Below the pieces are notes generated by a model, which was not told where the DNA came from, made no database searches, and saw nothing but the letters and a program-made list of their open reading frames with translations. Shown here in pieces: positions 55,094 to 64,000 of a stretch of DNA of 64,000 nt. Every line of letters starts with the position of its first letter. Position 1 is the stretch's first letter. Both the position numbers and the translations under genes were made by a program. The DNA comes from Epiperipatus broadwayi (Eukaryota; Animalia; Onychophora): NCBI GenBank assembly GCA_028023455.1, contig JAQFVV010000009.1:12152001-12216000 (forward strand). The letters run 5' to 3'.

Positions 55094-56257
55094 CACAAAC
55101 TGGATTTAAAAGTGATTTTAGTACAGTAGATCATATCCAGGTATTGAGAGAACTTATAGAAAGGACAAATGAATATGAATTGCCATTATGCTTTGGATTT
55201 GTAGATTATGAAAAAGCATTTGATTCTATAAACATTTCTTCAGTGATTAAAGCATTGGATCATCACGGTATAAATCCAGGATAGTCATATTTTAAAGAAT
55301 ATTTATAAAAATGCAACAGCAGCAATTAGATTACATAATAATACCGGGACAGTCAACATTGAGATGGCTGTAAGACAGGGTGACTCCTTATCTCCAAAAC
55401 TTTTTACAGCAGTGCTACAAGAAGTGTTTTGTGGATTAAAATGGGAATCTAAAGGAGTGAAAGTAAATGGAGATTATTTAAGTCATTTAGATTTTGCAGA
55501 TGATGTAGTTGTTTTTGCAAATAATGCTTTAGAGCTGCAGGAAATGTTGCAGGAGTTAGCAGATGAAAGTAGGACTAAAGATAAATGTTAAAAAGACTAA
55601 AGTAATGTTCAATGGATTTTCTCAAAATATGAAAGTAAAGATTGATTATGATGAGTTAGAAGTTAACAGCTACAAATATCTTGGTCAGATTATTAATACA
55701 GATGGAAACATAATGGATGAAATTAATCATAGAATTAAACTTGGTTGGAGTGCTTTTGGTAGAAATAACTTGAAACTAAAAGAAAATATGCCTATGTGTT
55801 TGAAAAGAAAGGTTTTTTATAAATATGTTTTGCCAGTTCTTACTTATGATCTGAGACTTGGACACTTAATAGAACAGCAATACAAAACTTCAGGCCACTC
55901 AAAGAAGTATGGGGAGATGCATATTGGGAATAACAAGAAGAGATCAAAAACGCAATATATGGGTAGGAGAACAAACGGCTGTTATTGACCTCATTGAAAA
56001 AATTAAAAGAATGAAATGGAGTTGGGCTGGACCTCTTGCTAGATGAGATGATAATAGATGGGACAGTTGAAATCTTAAACTAGATTCCAAGAGATTGGAA
56101 AAGACCCAGAAAGAGACCCCATGTGAGATGGATGGATGAAATAAGAAAATGTGCAGGAGTGATGTGGAGAAGAGAAGCTAAAAATTAGAGAAGATGATTT
56201 GAACTTGGAGATATCTTCATCCTGCAGTGGATTGATAATGGTTGATGATGATGATGA
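55094..56257 (+). mobile_element. 5'-truncated RTE-clade LINE, same family as 40500-42652
   Basis: GFVDYEKAFDSI, RQGDSLSPKLF and LDFADD, with a (GAT)n tail. Collinear with 41485-42650. Confidence 0.93.
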
Positions 56258-56318
56258 GTACATTGAACATGTGTACAATTGGTACATTGTGATATAGGTG
56301 AATCTTAGTTAATTATTT

Positions 56319-56821
56319 GGGTGCCGATTTAGTTTGTACTCACATCCATTTTGAAATCTAAATACCAGCCAAAACCACCGCTGACACATCTAACCGATAA
56401 ATGACATAAATATTGAATAAAAGTACGTTAAATTCATATTTTAGAAATTATAAGCTAGTAAAAATAGTATGCTTTATTTCATATGGACCTATAGTATAAT
56501 CTTTTAGTATTTGGAAATTATAAGCTTAACTTGATCAGACTTTTGCATCTTTTGGATGATCCTTCAGGTTGCCAAACCATCTTCCCCCCTTCCCGCATAT
56601 TCTGGCGCTTTGTGCCATCATATTTCAAATATTTTATAAAGGTAAATTTAAAAAAAAAAAATTCTTAATAAAATAAAGCATATTATTTTTACTAGCTTAT
56701 AATTTCTAAAATATGAATTTAAAGTATTTTTATTCAATATTTATGACATTTATCAATTAGATGTGCCAGCAGTGGTTTTTAGATTTCAAAATGGCCATGA
56801 GCGCAAACTAAATCAGGACTG
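56319..56821. mobile_element. Foldback/MITE with about 150-bp inverted arms
   Basis: gatttagtttgtactcacatccattttgaaatcta...tataagctagtaaaaatagtatgctttattt is mirrored at ~56667-56816. Confidence 0.8.
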
Positions 56822-59469
56822 TTATTTGTATAATTAACAATACAGTATTTATTGAGAAAAGAAAAATATATGATTGTGAAAATAATAAAAGAAAGGACTT
56901 AAAGTTATGCCAAAGGAAATAATTACAAATCTTTATATTATAGAAATTTTTATATTTAGGTGGTGTAAATATATTTTTAAAAAAAATGAAAAAAACAATT
57001 TGATTAGAATGTTTTGTGTTATTGGGTTTTTCATTTGTTTCATTTTGGATGACAAAAGAGATTTTACTTTATAAACTTTGTCCAAGTCATGATTATAGAC
57101 ATTCAAATTCTAGTCAGATGTTGTTCACAGATAACAGTAAAGCAATGTTAAATATTTAAGAAGTAAATTTAAAAATAGGAGACAGTTTCTATACATTCTT
57201 ATTTATGTATTATAAAAAATCATACAAATGTATAAAATTAATATAATAAAACATGATTGACAAGGAATTTGTTTTGCTAAAGTATTTCTTTTGATTATAT
57301 CTACAAATAGTCTATTAATATATGAGCAATATTTAAGATGTACCATTGAAATTCATGGGAAATAATAATTTTTGAATATGAGAGTTTCTATAACATTTTC
57401 TGTTTTATTTTCTCCAGTATAATAATTTTCTAGTGATCTGTTTTGGTTACACACTTTTTATGATATAATTTCACAATTGCAATAGTTAATAAATTTTAAG
57501 GTCATGTGTTTTCAAGGTAAACTGTTGCTAATATGGGGCTAATATATTGAAAGATTCAAGGTAAAATCTTTATACTATATAATTAACCTAGTTATTATTA
57601 CTTATGAATAAGGTCTTTTTTATTTTATTTTATAATTTTTTATGATAAGTATTAATATTATATAATATTTTGTAAAAATCTTTTTTTTTTTTTCATTAGT
57701 TGTTGAATAATTATTAAATTGCTAATCAGACATTCTTAATGATATTTCAAGTCATGTGAGTGATTATAGATAATGTAAATCTATATGAGTTCTTATAAAT
57801 ATTATGAATAAATTTAATTAAAGTATTTAATGAATAATCTGTGATTATTGAATAAATATGTTAAATTTGTTTTTGTAAAACGTTAATCTCTTTCAATACT
57901 TTATTTAAATAATTCATATTACGGGTTCACTGTATTATATAGTATATCATGAAAAAATGTAATTATGTAGAATCATCAAAGATATCTTTATATAATAAAG
58001 TTCACTGCTGAATATGTTGAAATTGATTTTAATTTATTGAGGGGTTTTTTTTTTTTGTATTTTATTGCAAAACTAATCTTAATCTTTCTTTTATAAATAT
58101 GGGGGTAAAAAGTCTTATAGTATGTGATGCTGTGAATTGTTTTCACACATAACATTTTTACTATCTTATAATATCCAAAACCAGTTGTGTAATGTCTGCA
58201 AACTACTAGGAAGGAAAGGATCAACAGTTATCATATAGTGGAAATGCTATCAGTTTAAAGTTAATTGCAAATAATAATAAGTCAAACTTGACCAAGAGTT
58301 ATCTTACTGCTTTATAGGATAAATAGTGATTACAATGAAAGCAGTCTTTGCTATCTTCTCTTTGTACTTTTTTTCTCATTCTCTCTCCTTTTCATTTTTT
58401 TTTTTAAATCTGTCTTCAGATATATAAGTTGGTATAGAACCCATTTATCATAAGCCTCTAATGCCATTAGTCATCTAATTGCACTAACAGTGACACAGGG
58501 TTCGTCTGTTTGTGAAACCACATTTCAATTCACATATATAGCAATTCTGTTTTTTAATCTTTTTTATATATACAGGTATGCATGAGTATAAAAAGTATGC
58601 AAAATCATCAAAGTTGAGATAGTGATATTGGAAAAAGGAATCCATAGTTATTGTCAATCATGAGAGAATATAATTTGTAATAATGCTTTGGAACTAAATT
58701 TAGGGCAATAGTTTCAATTAGCACATGATTATATATTTTTTTAATCCTATTTAGAGATTTTCTTTTTACAAATGTTGAATTATCTACAAAAAGTAATTTA
58801 AAAATAGCCATCTCTTAAAAATTATACATTCGTTATGTTCAGCGTATTCCTCGGTTATAATGGCAAAAAAGGTTACAAAGCAGAAGATAATAATAAAAGT
58901 AGAAGCACATGTAATGTGAGAATTTTGCTTGATAGGAGTTGTAACTAATGAATTAAAAATGATTTAATATTGATATAGTCAATTTAATACATTTCATCTT
59001 CCAATGGAAGTAAGATTAATTGAAAGTGTAGATAATATGGTTGTTTGGAATGATAAATTGACTTATTGGATAAAAATAAAAATGCATGGTATATGACATC
59101 TAATTTACAATTGAAGATTTACTAATGGAAATTTAATGACGTTAAAATTTAATTTGTGCAGTAGTATTTATGCTTATTTGATCAATATTTATTCTATAAC
59201 ATTAGATTCTGAATCTGAATATTAGTGAAAGGAAGTTTTATTTGTTATTGGATTATTATCAATAAAAGAATTTTTTTTTTTCTTGGAAAAGTCAATCCAC
59301 ATCTAGGTAGAAACTGTAAATTTTGGCCAATGATATTGTAAATAATAGTGTATGAAGTTGAATAGTTTTTAATTTATTGATATTTTTCTCAATATATAAG
59401 ATGACTATCATAAACATTTTGGGCATAGCAATTGTTTTGATGCACTAAAAACAATATATGGATCTGAAA

Positions 59470-60620
59470 AATGATAACATTACATTTATTCAATGAATGA
59501 AAGAAATATTTTGATAATCTTTTAAGTAATGATATTAAAATTTATATGGCTGCTTTTAATGATATATTCATTCTGTTAACTCATTTAGATGGGAGCAGAA
59601 ATATCCAGTTTGATGAAATTGAGGCAGCTTTTTCTAATCTTAAAAATGGGAATGCTGCAGGTCCTGATGGATTATTTAGAGAATTTTTAAAACACATAGT
59701 TGAAATATTATCGTCAAAATTATTTGAATTTTTTTAGTAATATATGAACCCATGAAGTTGCGCTATTTTGTTTTAAATTACTTCTATTATTCCAATGTCT
59801 AAAAATAAAAAGAGAAAAATGTAATAGTTATTGTGGAGTAATACTATTATCTATTACATCCCAAGTATTTTCAAAGATTTTATTGATTAGGTTCCATTTC
59901 AGTTATAGATGAACACATATCAAGTGCTCAGTGTAATCTTAGAGAATTAATAATCACTGTAGACATAATTTTGGTGCAAGAGACCAATAAAAGAAAATAT
60001 TGATTTTATAATCTTGGTAAGGCATTTGACTATTTCATTGAGAAAATTTTGGCAGCATTTGTAAATAACTAATTGATAATGGAAGCATATTGCTATTACC
60101 ATATTATACAGCTTGTATATGATATGAAAAAATTATTATTATCACTAATAGAAAATCTGAGGCATTTGAAATTTAAATTGGTTTTAAACATAAATTTGTA
60201 CTAATTTTGACATTGTTTTCCATTTTTATGCTAGTAAATAGTGGAATTTTTAATTTGAACCAATTAAAAGCAAAAAAAAATTTTTTTTAGTTTTAATTAT
60301 ATTGATAATTGTGCTATTCTTGCCAATTTAAAAATTGATGTATAGTATAGTCTTAATGTTCTGAAGGCAACACATAAGGACCTTGGTTTACTAATTACTT
60401 TTAAAACATCCCAAGTACTTTATTAGCCAATGATGAAAGAAAAAATCTTCTGAACTTTTAGCTTGGTTTATTATCAGTTTGAGAATGAGGATGACTTTAA
60501 ATATCTTAGTAACTTTTTAGATAAAGAGATTGCAGCATTTAACAAATTAAAAGATAGGATATTTCATCTTAGTAATATTTCAATATATAGAGTTGTTCTT
60601 CAATCATATTTATTGTATAA
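59470..60620 (+). mobile_element. Highly decayed RTE-type LINE RT (different family)
   Basis: EIEAAFSNLKNGNAAGPDGL, NLGKAFD, LTLFSIF, DNCAIL and FGL..TFKTSQV remnants. Confidence 0.6.
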
Positions 60621-61899
60621 AAATAAGACAGGACTTTTTTTAACTATGTAGCATAAAATAACTGAAAAAATTTCATTTAAGGATGCTTAATAATCTGAAA
60701 ATATGACAATAATATACCATAATACTAGACTTTTTTTTTTTTTTAATTTACTGAATATAATGATTTTCAATTTACTATTATAAAGCTATCCCTTAATTGG
60801 GTATGAGCATGCTAAGCAAATGAATAGGAAGAGATTTTCTTAAAAAATATTTTATATTAAATTTTAATGTAGTTTTTATAAGAGAGGTAGACGTTTATGT
60901 ACATTATAAAGATTATCTCAAAAACGCCAAAGATTTGCAATATTACTTTCATTAAGATAATGTAAAGGAGAGTAATGTATGTAATAAAATTATAATTAAG
61001 CAAAGTATTGATATTTTTCAGAAAAAAAAATTTTCTGTAGAAGTTAAGAGACAACACCACAAGTTGTAAAATAGACTAAAGAACTAGCATATGATATATA
61101 GTGTCATATTTGTTGTTCATGAATTGGTTTATGTAATTAAACCATTAAACATCACATGATCACTATCTCATACTAGCACATAATTGGAGAGTTTTGCTTT
61201 GTTTATGTAATTGTTATCTTTTCGTTCTTTGTTTATTATCTTACTTATCAATGAATCAAACACATTACTAATCTTATTATAATGATTTAAAAAGTTATTA
61301 GAGACTGGTTGAGCATATAGCAAAAAGAGTTGATAATTTATGCATTAGGGCAATTCATGACTGTTATCAAGACTTAAGAAGCATCCTTTGAAAAATCCTA
61401 CATTGGAAGACAATGATGAGATAAAATACTTTATATTAGTATGGAAAAGGAAAATTTGTGGTAGACCTTTATAATAACTATTGTTGACTAATGATAATAG
61501 ATGTGCTTTTTAATAAATAAATAAAAACATCCAAATAACATATAGACATGCTACAAAGATACAAGTAATATAAACAAATTGTCTATTTTGGCAATTTCAT
61601 CCTTATTTTAATAATTCAAATAGGAAGGTTTTAAATTTTTTCATAAACTGTATTGGAGACCAAAATGTACTTATAACTCCTCCATGCTGTGTTATGGCTA
61701 TATTTTCTGGCCTTTTTTATAGCTGCCACCAAAATGCTTAATACAGTATCTTAACATTCTTATAATTGATTTATATTTATTAAATTTAGAAATCATTTTA
61801 CTATCAGTTAAAATATACATATCTTTGTTTAGCTTTAAGTTTAACTACACACATTAAAGCATAGGAAAAAATAGGCAATGATTTATCTTAAATTCTTCT

Positions 61900-62160
61900 C
61901 CTCTTCAACTTCTATGAATAAAATGCTTAATCCAGAGATGGATGAATCTTATTTCTAGTTATGTATGTCATATCTAAAATTCAATTGGGATTTGCAAGTC
62001 TACTTTTGATAGGTAACTAAAACATTTTTTGAAGTCATCCATTGTTCTTATCAAATGATCCTCATCTTAATTTTTTAACTAGTTCTTTTGACCTTTTTTA
62101 CTAATATGTTACTTTTGATCTTCTAACTGGTGATATTCAATCTTTATGTCCATGATCTAT
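61900..62160 (-). mobile_element. Possible RTE-like 3' fragment
   Basis: The minus strand gives LVKKVKR and DHLIRTMDD, resembling the KIKxxRLRWxGHLxRMDD tail. Confidence 0.35.
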
Positions 62161-63419
62161 ACAGAAATTTTTTGCTAAAAAATTGATATTTACAAATCAA
62201 ATGAAATTAAATAAAATTACAATAAATTTAAAACTAATATATTTTCAATATTCATATGAGATTGTACTACATATAGATGATTAGATTTTTATTTTCTGCA
62301 TTTACTGCTAATTCCAATTCTTAGTCTTCTATCAATTTTATTGTTTATAAAGTGCTGGATTTGAGAACTCAAGTCAATATCTCACTTTTAGTGCTTAAAA
62401 ATCATATTACTTCCAGGCAACTAATTTTTTTTGTATGTAATTTTGTACAATAGTAGAGAAGCAAATTTAGAGCTGAAAGTTTCTGAATCAATTCTCAGTT
62501 GTATAATGTAGTTTTTAAAAAAAATTTCTGTTTGGATTAATTGAATGGTGTTTATATAGTCAATCTATCACTAGAATGATCAAATATTAGATTATTTCTA
62601 ACAATTTACCATACACTTATTTTATTTATGATTAACTTTACTATCTTATTATTTCTAGGGTTAGAGAATATAAGTCATGTATTATTCAATTGCACCTCTA
62701 TATCTTGATATGTATTTTTTATCTACACAATACCTTTGCTATATATGATTTAAAAAGTCAAGGATATACATTAATAGCAGCTTAATTTATTGGTACTATA
62801 AATACTTCAGATAAATATATCCCATTTTTGTATAAAAATTGCTTATTATATTGTTTTTCCTTTCTTTTATAAATGAACTGATGAATTACTATTAATAGCC
62901 AACATTTTAATAATTTGTCAAGCCATTTAATTTCTGTTATCACTCCTCAGATATGACAATTAATCAAATTCTATTTTAGGAGCAATTTCTCAAAGAACAT
63001 TAATATTATTTCTGACAGGAGCCATTGCAACATGTCATTATATTTGATTTTATCTGATATAAGGCTTTTTTATTCCACCTCTTACTCATTTGTGTAGATA
63101 TAATATTAATATTAAATGATCAGTTATGATGAATAAATACATTTTTAAGCCTAATTTGTTTGCGTAATTCAGTCAGTCACAGTGTTTATAATAAAGGGGT
63201 CTTTTTGTGACTATCTTTTGACTTTTTTCAAATATTCCGCTAGTATATGTACCCATAAATAATATGTGTGTGTGCACAAAACACAAATTTAATAAGAATC
63301 TATGGCATAATCTGCCAATTTTAAATTTACAAGTCTTTATTTTTTATTGCATTAACATTAATTTTTACTTTCATGTTTGAATAGTTTACAAGTACTCAAT
63401 AAACTAATTGCAATATCAT

Positions 63420-64000
63420 GGATCATTTATTCTCATTACATCATAGTATCCTCTATCTCAATATATTCTCTACCTAAATTCTTTCTGGTCATATAATACA
63501 GTATCTTCTATTATATTCTTCTGATCATATGTTATTGATGAGATGAGTGAGTTTACAAAAGTTAATGATAGCTTTAGCTCATCTTTTCTAATCTTCTCTT
63601 CACTATCCACCTCATTACAAGAATGTCCAATGCTTTTTTTTTTATAACAGGTTCTGATCCAACTTTATTTACATACTAATGCATATTGACATTGATTCAG
63701 TACTTAAATTATCCAGGTATATTTGATCTACAAAAGTAATTGTTTGAAATATATTCAACTGCCAGTAGACATGATGTTAAAATCTTTAAGACAACTTTAG
63801 TTTTTAGATACAGTGATGATGAACTATTAAATCATTGATTTATTTAGTATCAAATATGGCTTTGAAGGAATCTTTTGAACAGGATTTGTTATTACATATT
63901 TTATACTTTCCATTTTTATAACTTGACTAGTAGCCTATTTTCTCAATTACAACTCCTTATATCATTCTTTGAGCAGTATTTCTGAATATATGGGATAAAT
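63420..64000 (-). mobile_element. Possible decayed LINE fragment
   Basis: Purine-biased minus strand with weak KYxG and HMIRR-like remnants. The family is not secure. Confidence 0.25.

Noticed and set aside
50507-61060. Assorted 60-80-aa ORFs in p38 intron 1
   Set aside because: They are low-complexity F/L/I/K/N-rich translations of AT-rich DNA or TE fragments, with no motif support.
47480-64000. p38 exon 2 (expected ..VAIKKL.RPFQS..HAKRTYRE..)
   Set aside because: I found no matching sequence by eye. Intron 1 probably extends past the window end.

Overview
This is very AT-rich eukaryotic (metazoan, probably arthropod; the p38 N-terminus and TE mix suggest a chelicerate, which is inference) genomic DNA. 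It holds the 5' ends of two divergently oriented housekeeping genes. On the minus strand are coding exons 1-3 of GDP-mannose pyrophosphorylase beta (GMPPB: 19185-19313, 5091-5171, 1095-1143; the gene runs off the left edge). On the plus strand is the first coding exon of a p38 MAP kinase (47361-47479; I found no exon 2 in the window). The rest is intron or intergenic DNA packed with decayed mobile elements: two Mag-type Ty3/Gypsy elements that keep LTRs, gag and protease but lack RT and the integrase core; a probable solo LTR; a near full-length L1/Tx1-type LINE; several RTE LINE copies; a hAT transposase relic; two pogo/Tigger-like TIR elements (one nested in an LTR); and several MITE or foldback palindromes. 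Degenerate LRR-like coding segments lie inside the GMPPB introns. There are no prokaryotic features, CRISPR arrays, rRNA or recognisable tRNA genes. TE boundaries given as approximate were set by eye.
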